From Takakia lepidozioides (taxonomy: Eukaryota; Plantae; Bryophyta), in assembly GCA_030704615.1 (NCBI GenBank), contig CM060732.1, positions 18,910,001-18,974,000 of the forward strand: a stretch of DNA of 64,000 nucleotides. The letters run 5' to 3'. The position numbers were made by a program, and so were the translations under genes. Shown here in pieces: positions 1-11,184 of this stretch; position 1 is the stretch's first letter; each line of letters begins with the position of its first letter. The notes under the pieces were generated by a model. It made no database searches, was not told where the DNA came from, and saw only the letters and a program-made list of their open reading frames with translations.

Positions 1-523
1 AAGATTCAGCATACTGGAATACTTTACTAAGGAGGAACATCAGGAATACAGTACCCTTAACGGGTTCCCTATTTATCTAAGAGCTAGCATTGATTGCCGG
101 TAGGTGGCACTAAACCCGATTAGCTGGAATTCACCTAATGCTTACCAACTGGATGACTCCTACTTAATAAAGAGATAAAGCAAACAAGGTGTCACCCTGG
201 TGGGACCAAGCTGATATAGCTTTCTAAATCTAACATTTCCTGTTTTTGATTGTTGCGGGCACGCTAGGCCATCTTCTCTTTTCCCCAATGTTTGAAAATC
301 GCATGGAAGCCTGCACTTGTACATGAGATATAAGCATTCCAAAAAGGTTTGGTCTAATATATTGGCCAAAGTTAGGGACCATAGGAAAAATTGTCTGTCT
401 TTTTTGTTTCGAAGAGGGGGACAGGCACTCAAAAGACCTCTTGTTCTGTCAGACAGAGCAGCGAGGTCTCTGATCACAGTGATCAGGCATAGTAACTATT
501 GACTTTCACTATTCAATAAACGT

Positions 524-761
524 TGTTACACTACACATTCATATCTAATCATACATGCAATCACCATTCAACGCTCCTAGATTCCACTCTCGTCTCATTT
601 TCTGCATATAGTGTCATACAACGTGTTCCTGCTCTGCAATTAAAAATCAATACGCACAGAGAACCATCACACACTATATGTCACAGTACTTTTGGCGGGC
701 AATTGCATAGTTCAAATCTCACTGTTCCCAAGAACTAGTTCACTGTTCCCAATACTTAATA
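524..761 (-). repeat. Putative 3' LTR of the copia element, preceded by a polypurine tract
   Basis: On the minus strand, a purine tract (AAGTGGGAA, ~762-770) follows the RNase H stop and is followed by TATTAAG...TGTAACA (TG..CA-like ends, first base pair degenerate). No second LTR in the window for comparison. Confidence 0.55.
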
Positions 762-1243
762 TTCCCACTTAGTGAGATTGAACTATAACATCTACAGGTA
801 ATCTCCCACTTTCAATTTCACTGATGACAATTTCCCAACACATCTCTGAAACGCTTGAAGGTGTGTACTGGAAGTGCCTTCGTGAATAAATCAGCGATCT
901 GTGAATTGGTAGGGACATACAGAACTTTGAGCTCCCCTTTCTCCTGATTTTCTCTGATGACATGATATGCAACGTCCACATGTTTTGTCCTCTTAGGATA
1001 TTCAGGATTGTATGCTAGACGTATAGCACTTTGGTTGCCAGAGAACAATAGAGTAGGTTCCTACAGCGAAACTCCAAGACCGTGAAGCAGCCTTCGAGTC
1101 CAAAGAATCTCTTTTGCCGTTACAAAGGCAGCAATATACTCCAACTCTGTGGTGCTACTTGTTGTGCAGACTTGTTTTCTACTGCCCCACACAATAGGGC
1201 CCCCATTGAGTAACAACAAGTAGCCAGATCTGGATTTGCGATC

Positions 1244-1613
1244 ATCGCCAGAATTCTATTTGCCAAGATAGATACGTCCAGAAGATCATTTCAGATTTCA
1301 GACTTGTTGATGCAAATCCAGTCTCCGTGCCAGCTGATCCGGCGAGCCATCTGGTATCTTTTTCCACGAGTACAGATGATGAACCTACAACTTCATTTCC
1401 CTACAAAGAGTTGGTGGGCAGTTTAGCATATCTTGCTATGTGCACGAGACCCGACATTTCATATGCTGTCAATAATGCAGCCAAATATTCTGCCAATCCG
1501 ACACAGATACACTACATGGCTCTGAAGAGAATTTTGAAGTACTTGATTGGCACACCGCACATGGCTATATGCTATGGTCCAACATCACAAATCATGCAGA
1601 TTATGCTAACGAT
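1244..1613 (+). other. Inverted internal segment of the copia RT/RNase H junction
   Basis: ICQDRYVQKII...PYKELVGSLAYLAMCTRPDISYAV...ADYAND reads on the + strand, while the flanking RT (..HLVRNR) and RNase H (DDRKSRSG..) read on the - strand. Confidence 0.88.
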
Positions 1614-4097
1614 CCGATTTCTAACCAAGTGAAGCCCTACATAGACTTCAGGATCATTCTTGGTGATAGTGAAAGCTTCACCCATGTAATCAAGAACATC
1701 TGTCACCTTCTGTGTTTTGACACTGCAGGCAAGACCATCATCGACAAAGATAGTGAGGATCAAATGTGTGCCTTTGCTGCTAAAATAAACACAAGGATCG
1801 GCGTCACTTGCTGTGAGATCGTATTTAGTCAAGAAAGAGTCGAATTTCTTGTTCCACGCTCGAGAGGCCTGTCGAAGGCCATAGATAGACTTTTTGAGTT
1901 GCTTAGGGGCTGGCGGATCTGTGAAGCCTAAAGGCTGATCCATGAAGATTTCCTCTGCTAAATCTCCATGGAGAAAAGCAGTTTTAACATCAAATTGGGT
2001 GATGTCCATCACTTGTACGGCTGCAATTGACAAAACAGTCCATATGGAATCATATCTCACTACAGGTGAGAAAGTCTCTGAGAAGTCGATACCAGCCCTC
2101 TGTGTAAATCCTTTAGCAACAAGTCTTGCTTTGTATCGTGAGATGGATCCATCGGCGGCTAATTTTAGCTTGAAAACCCATTTGCACTTTATTGTGTTCC
2201 GATCTGCAGGAAGATCACAAAGCTCCCATGTCTGATTTTGGATTAGAGAATGAAATTCTTCCTCCATAGCTTTGATCCATTCAGCATGATGAGGGGAATT
2301 GATGGTTGTCCAGTAATCAACAGGCTCTGGTGGTGCAGGGCGACAGTTGTTGTGCAAGCATAACTACTCCGATTAGTTGGATATATCCAGTCGCCGAATT
2401 TGGTGGGAGGCACTCTGGAACGAGGAGGAATCGCCGTTGGTACTGATGTTGTGTGATCAAATGTGTCAGCAATGTCACAATTGGTGTTGCAGGAACCTGC
2501 AATATATGGGCAGGAGCAGTATGTGTAGGACTTGCAGGAGGAGTATGTACTGTCACATACAGCCAAACACTCGAATATGAGCCACTGATGCTTTGATGCC
2601 AAACCAAGCCTGATAAGGCGTTTTTCCTGGGAGTGTTCTAGTACCTGTTCTGTTGAGTACATGCACTGCACAAGCGATTGCTTCGGCCCAGAAATGAATT
2701 GGAAGTGAGGCTGAGTGAAGCATGCTCCGAGCGGCTTCAACAATTGTGCGATTATCCCTTTCAATCATGACAAACCTCTATGATGGAATTTGGATCTGTA
2801 ATCTTAATCCCTTCTACTAAGTGCTCATTGACCATCTGTTTTATCATGCCATGACTAAGATGACCCAAGCGATGATGCCAAAGCTTTAGACTCTGTACAG
2901 TGTCAGAATTGGAAAGGACTCCTACTTTTGTAACAAGATGGCTCATGCTTGCAGTAATGGTAACAAAGTTGAGTTTCCATAGACCTCCATGCAAATAACC
3001 ACTAAGAACGATCTGACTGTGCTGATGAAAATAGACATCTGTGCTTGTATAGGTAACTAAAATACTTGGTTTAGAGACAGCTCGGAGTATAGAGAAGAGA
3101 TTTCTCTTGAGTCCCGGACAATAAAGAACATCCACTAAGACAGCTCGTTCTTCTGTGCCATTGTTGTTGACTATGATATCAATATCACCGCATCCTGTGA
3201 CATAGCCATCTGCAAAAGCAGCCTCAATGGGCCATTGTCCTTCGGCTATAGGAGTAAACTTGGTAAACCATTATCTACGGCAGGTCATGTGATGAGTTGC
3301 ACCGCTGTCTGTAAACCAGTCAGTGAGATGACTCTCACCAGAACAAGTTATGGTCCATGCTCTTGGACTGGTAGTACTCTATGAAGACTGACCAATGTTC
3401 TGAAATTGTTTGGGCGGGTCAGGGCATTCTCTGGCCCAGTGACCTTCCTTACCATAATTGTTGCAACAGGTAATCTTCTTGCGCTCTGTAATCATAATAG
3501 ATCTTTCTTGACGTTGCTCGTAGGTGAGCGGTGGCCGCCAAGCAGTATGGGTTGGAGGTGGCCCTCTCCATGCAACATTCGGTTGCCAATTACTACCACT
3601 GTTTGAAACAGTTGCAGGTTTCCACTGATTTGAATAAGATCCAGATGGTTGCCATTGCCTGCATTGAATAGGAAAACTCCCACTGCTTCCAACTGGTTGC
3701 TGATGCGATTGCTGCTGCGTTTGTGACTTGATAGTTGTGGTCGCAGTTGGCTTGGTATAGAATGCTCGGGTGTCCGTAGAAGTTTGTTGCTCCCTTCCTC
3801 TCTTTAACTTGGTTTTTTCTTTTAGCAACCTCAAAGTAAGATTATCAAGATAGCGTTGCTCCCCGGTAACGTTATCCCAAGCTGTGAGGAGATTGTCATA
3901 TTCCGGTGGTAGATTGCAGATAAGTTTAGTTGTTGACAGACTATGGTGTCTACTTCACCAAGGAAAGAAGCCATATCTTGTCCTGGAGACATCTTGCATT
4001 CATAAAATTGTTGTTGTAAATGATATATGTCCTCAGTGGACTTCTGCTCATGGATAAGAATCAAGCGTGACCAAATCTGAGCTGAGGTTCTGCAATT

Positions 4098-6580
4098 TGT
4101 CATGGTTTTAGTCATAGTTATCTAGAATTACCTAGTTCTAGTTAACTAGGACATTTTAGATATTTATATTTATATTTTGTGTGTTGGGACTTCATTTGGT
4201 CTCACATGCCAAGTGAGGTATCAAGCCTCACTTGGGACATGGGGATGGGTTTTCCCCTTGTGAGGGTTGAGGATGGCTCATCTTCTTGTAGTTGAGCCTC
4301 CATGAGTCTCTCTCACCTCCATAGCTCTAGGTATTGAGAGGGAGTGTGGTGAGAGCTTTGTAGGGTGCCCTTGGCTTGACTTACTTTATGTGATTGAGTG
4401 GATTCATGAGTGAAGGGTTTCCATTATGTTCACTTCCATTATCACTACAAGAAGATCACCTTATGCTTGTGAGTGCGGAGTGTAAGGATAGTTTTGCACT
4501 TGTGTTGGTGTACACCAAGGAGTGAGAGAGCTAGGGAAAGCTCAAGTATCTCACAAGGCTTGCAAGGTGTTGTAAGGGAGAGTGTGTTTGCATTGCATCA
4601 AGGAGGTGAAGAGCTCAAGGAGAGAGCTCTTGAGTTACAAGTCTTTGCAAGTACTGCAGGGAGAAAGTCTTGTGTGTGTGGAAGCAAAAGGTTTGAAAGT
4701 TTGAGAAGAATGAGCGTCATCTCTTGTATCTCAAGTGTTATGACAACCATTTGCCAAGGAAATGGCTTCTATGGTGAAAAGAATGCATTGAGGGTTTGTA
4801 GAAGCATTATTGTGCACCAAGGGTTTGAGAGCTTGGAAAAGAGCTCTTGCATCACAAGAGAAGCGTCTTGTATGTGGAGAAGATAGACACTAGGGTTTCA
4901 AGAGCAAGCTCTAGTTATTCATGGTGTGAAAGAGAAGCCAAAGAGCAGCACATGCTTGGGTTAGAAACACCATAGAAGGAGTACAACAAAGATAGCTTGA
5001 GGAGCATTGAGTAGCTCAAGAGAAGCTAAGAAGTGGTTGTTTTATCCATGGTGAAATGAAGCCAAGTGGGGTTTCATTTGGTTGACAAACAAGCAAGCTA
5101 AGGCACTAGAAGGGAGTGCTTTTGCTAGTCTATGAGTTCTTGGATTGCTCTTGGTGAAGCAAGTGGTTGACCAAGCAAGTGGCGCATGTGTGGAGCATGC
5201 TTTCCAAGTGCGGCTTCCAACTTTAAGCTTGAGGAGAGCACGACTCTTGAGCTAGTAAGTGAAGGGATTTGAATTTCCTCTTTGCATGACATGGAGATGT
5301 ATTGATGCTTGGAGAAGCAACACATAGAAGCCAAGAATGGAGCATGTGTGTGGATGGCCAAATGAGATTACAGAATGAGTGCAAGACTTGGTTGCTTGTC
5401 AAATGAGGTAAAAAACTTGATTCTTGAGCTCCAAAGAGAAGTGAAGCTTGTTGTGTGGCAAATGCATTGCTAGATGAGATGGAATCAAGCTTGGTTGTGG
5501 CTTGAGGTGAAGAAGATCAAGGTAGTTTGTCTTGGTATCTCATAGAAGCCATGGATGCTTGAGGAGAGCAAGCATGAAGCTCAAAGAAGCCCAAACCCTA
5601 GCTTGGAATGCACAAACCCTAGCATGAGATGCACATAAAACCCTAGGTTCATAGGAACAGTCACCAAAGTGTGGGAACGGTCACCGTAGTCTAGGAACCG
5701 TCACCGTAGTCTGGGAACCGTCATTGAACCGTCACCGTAGTCTGGGAACGGTCACTATAGGCTGGGAACATAGTGATATACAAAGACTATATAGGGCTTT
5801 TGGAGATTTTCAAGGGCCTTTTGGAGGATTGTTTGGGGGATCTTTGGGGTCCTTTGGGGAGCTTTTGGAAGACACTCTAAGGAGCTTTAGTAAGGCACTT
5901 TGAAGAGCTCTTGAAGAGGTATTTGGATGACTATTTGGAGGCCTATTTGCGGTCCTTGAAGGCCAAGTTTTGGCAAGTTTTTGGAGCCTTAGAAGGCTAT
6001 GTGGAGGACCATTTGGGGTCTTTGAAGGCCAAGTTTTGGCAAGTTTTTGGAGCCTTTGGAAGGCTATGTGGAGGACCATTTGGGGTCTTTGGAGGCCGAT
6101 ATTTGGCGAGCTTGAGGAGTCTTTGGCAACTTGTTGAAGGACTATTTGGGGTCCTTGAGGGCCGAGATTTGGCAGGCTCTTGGGGCCTTGGTGTACTATT
6201 TGGAGTACCATTGTCCAAGCTTTGGGAGAGACATCTTGAGGGATCTTAGAGAGTTATTTGAGATATCCTTGAAAGGTCTTGTCTATTGCTTAAGCAAGAG
6301 AGTGTGGAGATAGGGTAGTGGGATGAGAGCATGCTGGGATATGAATTGCTTTAGTCTCTTTTCCTTGTAGTCTTCCACCCTCTCTGTAGGGCAAAACCTT
6401 TCCGTAGGTGGAGGCAAGAGTCAGTCCGGGTTTGGGCTGGGGTGTCTTGCAGAAGCGACACTGTGGAGTGTTTTTGTTGTGGGGGAGTTACTGTTTTGAT
6501 TCATTGTGCTTGGATCCCCTCCACACATGCATGCTTGACTGTGCGCCATGTTAGTTTTGTGTGGGCACTTGTTTTCATAG
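4098..6580 (+). repeat. LTR-like region with internal tandem repeats
   Basis: Starts with TG and is CpG-poor. Contains ~20-bp repeats GGGAAC(C/G)GTCACCGTAGTCT at 5650-5770, a TATA-like CTATATA at ~5787, and ~65-bp repeats (GGAGGACCATTTGGGGTCTTTGAAGGCCAAGTTTTGGCAAG...) at ~5920-6200. The 3' boundary and PBS are not resolved. Confidence 0.5.
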
Positions 6581-6873
6581 GAGGTTGGTCCGGATTTGAT
6601 CACCGGTCAATCCTAGAGCGTGCTGTCGATGGTGAGGCTAGGGTGATGACCAGTCAGACCATCATTGTTCTCTTATGGTGAGGCTGGGTTGATGACCAGC
6701 AGACCATAGGAGTGCTTGCGGTGGATGCAGGTGCAGGTACAGGTCTACATTAGAAACCTATTATTCCTGCTTGAACCAGTAGCCGCAACAGGTTCTCTAC
6801 CCGGTTACCTTGTAGAAAGTGGGGATTAGAGATAGGTTGACAACCGGTTGGGTTGTGAGTTTTCATCACGGAG

Positions 6874-9742
6874 GTGCCACCAGTTGCTGAGGGGAGTGCC
6901 GGTACAAACACCAGCAATACTAATGGGTATACAAGACGAGGTGTGTGGTTTAGGCCACCTTCACTTTCAGTGTTTTCTGAGGAAGGTTCAGACTCGGAGT
7001 CAGGAGGATTCTCGCCGAGGGTGCAAGTCATTTTTGTGCCATTGTTGTGGGACACGATGGAGGAAATATATGGAGCTACCAAGGGGCCACGTAGGTACTC
7101 TGGAGCTGTGGGCACCATCGAGCTTGATGACTTCATACAAGAGTTTGACAGTTGGTGTGATTTGCAGCAAATGCGCAATCCACAACTGTTTATGCCCTTT
7201 ATGGCGTGGAAGGAGCTATTCCAGCACCTTGAGGGGCCGCCCATGGATGATTACCATGAATTTAGGCGGGGACACGCGGTGGAGATTGTGGAGTGACGAG
7301 AGTATTTGTCACCTAACTATGTCTCCATCACTAGAGGCACAAGGGCAGCGGCGACACCGGTAGCTATACAAACATCTCCAACTGCAAGCACTAGTAGTGG
7401 GACAAGTGGTACAGGAGCTGGGAAATCCACTCAAGCTCCTGCTGCAGCACCAGCACCCGTGCCTGTCTTTAACCCAGTTGTGGAGTTCTTCGAGGAGTTG
7501 AGGAGAAACTACCAAGGGATAAGGACAGAGAAGTTGCGGAGCTTGCAAGAGTTCCAACGAAGGTCTACTGAGAGTTTGAGGGAGGCTTACACCCGCATGA
7601 GGCGCTTGATAAACGTAACCCAAGAGATTACAGAAGCTCAGGTAGTCCAAGTTCTGGTATGGGATTTTGGACAAGGAGCTGAGGAGAAGGGTGCGGGATG
7701 CAACTCTCCTACAAATGGACCAACCCACCTTAGCAACTGTGTTTTTGCTGGCAGAGCGGATAGAGCTCAATATGGTGGAGGAGCGAGTGGTCATGGTGGG
7801 GTTTGGCAAGGAGACACAACGAAGTGGGGCTCCTAGCCGACAACAACCACTATCCCAACGTGTTCAAGGCAACAAGGAGGCTCAGGTGAAGCCGAGGAAA
7901 GGACAGAGAGGATCTCAGATGCAGAGGTCTCTTCCTTCATTCTCAGGCCAACAACAGTCGGGTGTGACTTGTTGGGATTGTGGAGGACCCCATGTCAAGA
8001 AGGATTGCCCGGAGAGAGGCAAAGGGTCGGCACAGACACAGCCTACACAACTACAGTGTGGGCATTGTGGAAAGTATGGGCATGATGAGGCCCATTGTTA
8101 TGGCCTGCATCCTGAGCTACGGCCAGGCCAGTTCCAAGGGAACAATGGTGGCCGAGGACGAGGCAATGTAGTCCCGAGAGGTAGAGGAGGCAGAGGTCGG
8201 GGTGGAGGTCGTAACCAAAACCAAGGAGCACAGGATCAGGGTCAAGGTCATGACCAAGGCATGGTGGATAGACTTGCCCAGCTAGAGCAACGTCTTGCTG
8301 CCATGGCCACTACTCATGTTGCGCCAGCTCCAAGGCTTGAGGTTCAAGCCCCACCTGCACAACCTCCTATGCCTAGGGAAGACCAGATTGGTATGGGCTT
8401 CATGTGTGGAGCCGCACTTGCAGGGCCATTGCATGTATTGGACTCTGCTGCTGCTATCACTCGAGCAACAACGCGTGCTCCTGAGCCAAGAGGAGCGGAT
8501 GTGGATTTTGATCCACAAAGGGGGGAAGCGGGTCGTCAGACAAGGCTTCCACAGTCCTTTACATTGGCTGAGACAGTGCCACCTACGCCATCAATGGCAC
8601 CCGCTCGCCCAAGTGTGTCAGAGGTAGAGCCACAAATACCATTGGGGAGAGTTGGTGTAGCTCGAGAAATATCAGTGGATGGTGCTGTAAAACAAGGTGT
8701 AGCCAGTACATTGTTGGGGGCGGCTACGGCGGTTTGCCAAGCTCCATTATTTTCTGCAATGACCATTGTAATGCCGGGGATTCGGCCAGCTGTTGTGTTT
8801 AGACTAGCAATTAGACTCTGTGAGAGTGGTGATGCATCGGCACTATCTGCGGCGATAGCAGATAAGGTACAGTCTATGGATGCTTTGGATTCGAGGGTGA
8901 AGTCAGCCATAGCTGCACCATGGCAAGCGGCAGCTGCAAGGTTGCAGGAGTTGCCAACTAGGCCAGCCATTGAGCGCAACATGGTGACTCCTGGGGTAGT
9001 CCTGGTGGACAATCAGGATGGAGTGTTTCAATTGGGTGGCCCAACCAGGAGGAGGTATAGGCCACTGCGGGTCTTGTTGGACTCTGGAGCACAGCCATTG
9101 ATGTTGGGGAGAGCAGCAATTGTAGACTTGGGCCTCACAGAGGTGGATTTGGAGCCTTGCCCTTTCCAAATTCAAACATCTTTGGGTGATTCAGAGAAGG
9201 CGCGAAGGATTACACGCCATGAGCTCTTCATTCGATTGCAGCCGGATCATCCTACGGACGGCTCAGTCATGAGAGCTAAAGCCATTGTTACGGACGCGAT
9301 GTCCTATGATGTGCTTGTTGGTGGGGCTATGTTGTACCCCATGGGCTTTACTTTGGACTTTTGGGAGGAAACGACATCCTACAGGCCGGAATGGGAGTCG
9401 GGGGATGGTCAACGTGCACTGCTCCCAATGCGGTTTATTGGGAATGTAGCGGTGGATCATAGGAACATGATGCCCACATTGGCTGCATTCTCAGGGGTGG
9501 TGGCTTGGGGTGGTGAGCTCTTGGAGGGAAATAGCCATGCAGATGATAGGCCACCACCTGATGAGGACAAGCAATTGGCATACAAGGCTGAGTTGCTTCC
9601 TCATGTTCTTGTGCATAGCTCATTGTGGAATACAGTTGGGGATTTGCAGCGAGTGGCAAGCCAGTGTGTGCAGCAAGCATGGCAGGAGGCCTTTCCGTCG
9701 GTAGGTGAGGGGAGTTCAGTTACATCACCTGGACCTCCTTAA
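6874..9742 (+). pseudogene. gag-protease of the DNMT-bearing gypsy element
   Basis: ORFs 6874-7296, 7306-7836 and 7667-9742 joined by one stop and one frameshift. Knuckles CWDCGGPHVKKDC and CGHCGKYGHDEAHC, an RGG-rich tract, and protease VLLDSGAQPLML ... YDVLVGG. Confidence 0.85.
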
Positions 9743-9760
9743 TTAGCTCCATTTTACACA

Positions 9761-10768
9761 ATGCCTATTATCTGGCAACAACCTGACTCAAGCATTTGCT
9801 TGCTAGACCTGTTTGGAGACATGAGCACTGGGCTTGCAGGAGTGTTGCAAGCAGGAATCAAAGTACGCAAGTACTTGTATGTGGAGAATGATAAGATTGC
9901 TCGGCGTGTTTCCATGCGCCATGTTGCCTTGCTCACACATAAGTATCATGAGTTGTTGTCTCTCTCAGCAATTCAAGGGTACCAAAAGACCTTGCCAGCA
10001 GACATTACCATGCTGGGGGCGGAGGATTTGGATCGACATGATCCCATTGACTTGGTGATAGGAGGGTGGCCTTGCCAAGGACATTCACCCGTAGGTCATG
10101 GTAATGGTTTGCAAGATGCACGATCGCATCTGTTTTGGGAGATGCTGCGAGTGTTGCGTGACTTGCAGGTGAGGCAAGTGCAACCTCTAGCTGACATCCT
10201 GGAGAATGTTCCTCTCATGGGGGATTCTCGGGCCAGGATTATGGTCAGTGTCCATCAGATCCGGTCATGGATTGGACCAGCTGTATTGTTGGATGCAGCT
10301 GCAGTGGGTTCACGGGCACATAGGCCTAGGTTGTGGTGGACCAATCTTGCACCACTAGAGTTGCTCAAGAGAGCCTATGATTCCATTCAACGGCCACCCA
10401 ACCTCACGGTTGAGGGCATTTTGGACCAAGGGAGGCAACCACAGAGAGTGCGACATGATGATCATCCACCTTTAGCGGTGGTCAATCGAGTGGGGCAGCC
10501 ACGTGCAGCCTTGCCTACGCTCATGAGCTTTCCCTCGTCTCATGCTTTTCGAGACAATGGTCCTGGGTTGATTTGGGACAGTGTGCTACAGCAATTGGTG
10601 GAGCCCAATGTGGATGAGCGAGAGTGGGCAATGGGACTTGCCACGGGCACTACAGCTATGCCAGCTTTGTCAGAGGCATCACGACGCCAGGTGTTGGGTC
10701 AGGCAATGGATCTCAATTGCTTGACATGGGTCATTGGCTTGTGTATGGCTGAGCAACGGAGATTGTAA
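9761..10768 (+). CDS. DNMT3-like C5 cytosine methyltransferase domain within the retrotransposon pol
   Basis: Motif I LDLFGDMSTG, motif II YVEND, motif IV DLVIGGWPCQGHS (catalytic PC), motif VI ILENV, motif VIII HRPRLWWTNL (compare DNMT3 HRARYFWGNL), motif X RRQVLGQAM. Same reading frame as the 7667-9742 ORF. Confidence 0.9.
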   Translation: MPIIWQQPDSSICLLDLFGDMSTGLAGVLQAGIKVRKYLYVENDKIARRVSMRHVALLTHKYHELLSLSAIQGYQKTLPADITMLGAEDLDRHDPIDLVIGGWPCQGHSPVGHGNGLQDARSHLFWEMLRVLRDLQVRQVQPLADILENVPLMGDSRARIMVSVHQIRSWIGPAVLLDAAAVGSRAHRPRLWWTNLAPLELLKRAYDSIQRPPNLTVEGILDQGRQPQRVRHDDHPPLAVVNRVGQPRAALPTLMSFPSSHAFRDNGPGLIWDSVLQQLVEPNVDEREWAMGLATGTTAMPALSEASRRQVLGQAMDLNCLTWVIGLCMAEQRRL

Positions 10769-11184
10769 GCATTGGTGGCTACTTCCGCACTCCCATTGGA
10801 TATTGCACCCTCTCTGCCAACCGGGACGGTGGAGGCAGTGAGTAGGGGCGAGCACAGGATCATGGGGTGCAAACACCCATGGCAGATGTGGGATGAGATG
10901 CGCAAAGAGAGAGTTATTGGATCTCTTAAGCAGCGTATGAGGAGTGGGGAGAGCCATACACTGAGGATCAGTTGGAGGCCAAGGTGGCTAAGGTTTTTGA
11001 AGAGGTTGACGATGTTTATTCCCCAGAGGATGTTCTTAAGGTGGCTATGGCGGAGCAAGTGGAGGCTACGCCACAGTCAGGGTGGGCGGACAAGGCCCAA
11101 GAGGTTGTTATCCAGCAACCAAATGATGCGTCTCCTACCTCCAAGCCTGGTGTACCCAAGGTTGTAGTCACTGAGGACAACTGA

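Larger units (their letters stand above)
524..4097 (-). mobile_element. Decayed Ty1/copia LTR retrotransposon (gag, protease, integrase remnant, RT, RNase H, 3' LTR); 5' part cut off by another element
   Basis: Minus-strand ORF pieces in copia order: gag (CRTSAQIWSRL..., 3831-4097), degenerate zinc knuckle CNNYGKEGHWAREC, protease WFTDSGATHHMT (~3285-3320), GAG-pre-integrase WHHRLGHLS, integrase C-part ERDNRTIVEAARSML...FWAEA, RT (KCKWVFKLK, YKARLVAKGFTQ, QFDVKTAFLHG, LKKSIYGLRQA, FVDD), RNase H (DDRKSRSGY, KRTKHVDVAYH). Stops and deletions throughout. Confidence 0.93.

Noticed and set aside
5810-6313. Repetitive ORFs on both strands
   Set aside because: They arise from ~65-bp tandem repeats in the LTR-like region.
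6570-6720. Primer-binding site and LTR end of the DNMT element
   Set aside because: No convincing TGG-initiated tRNA complement next to a CA end; only a short direct repeat is visible.
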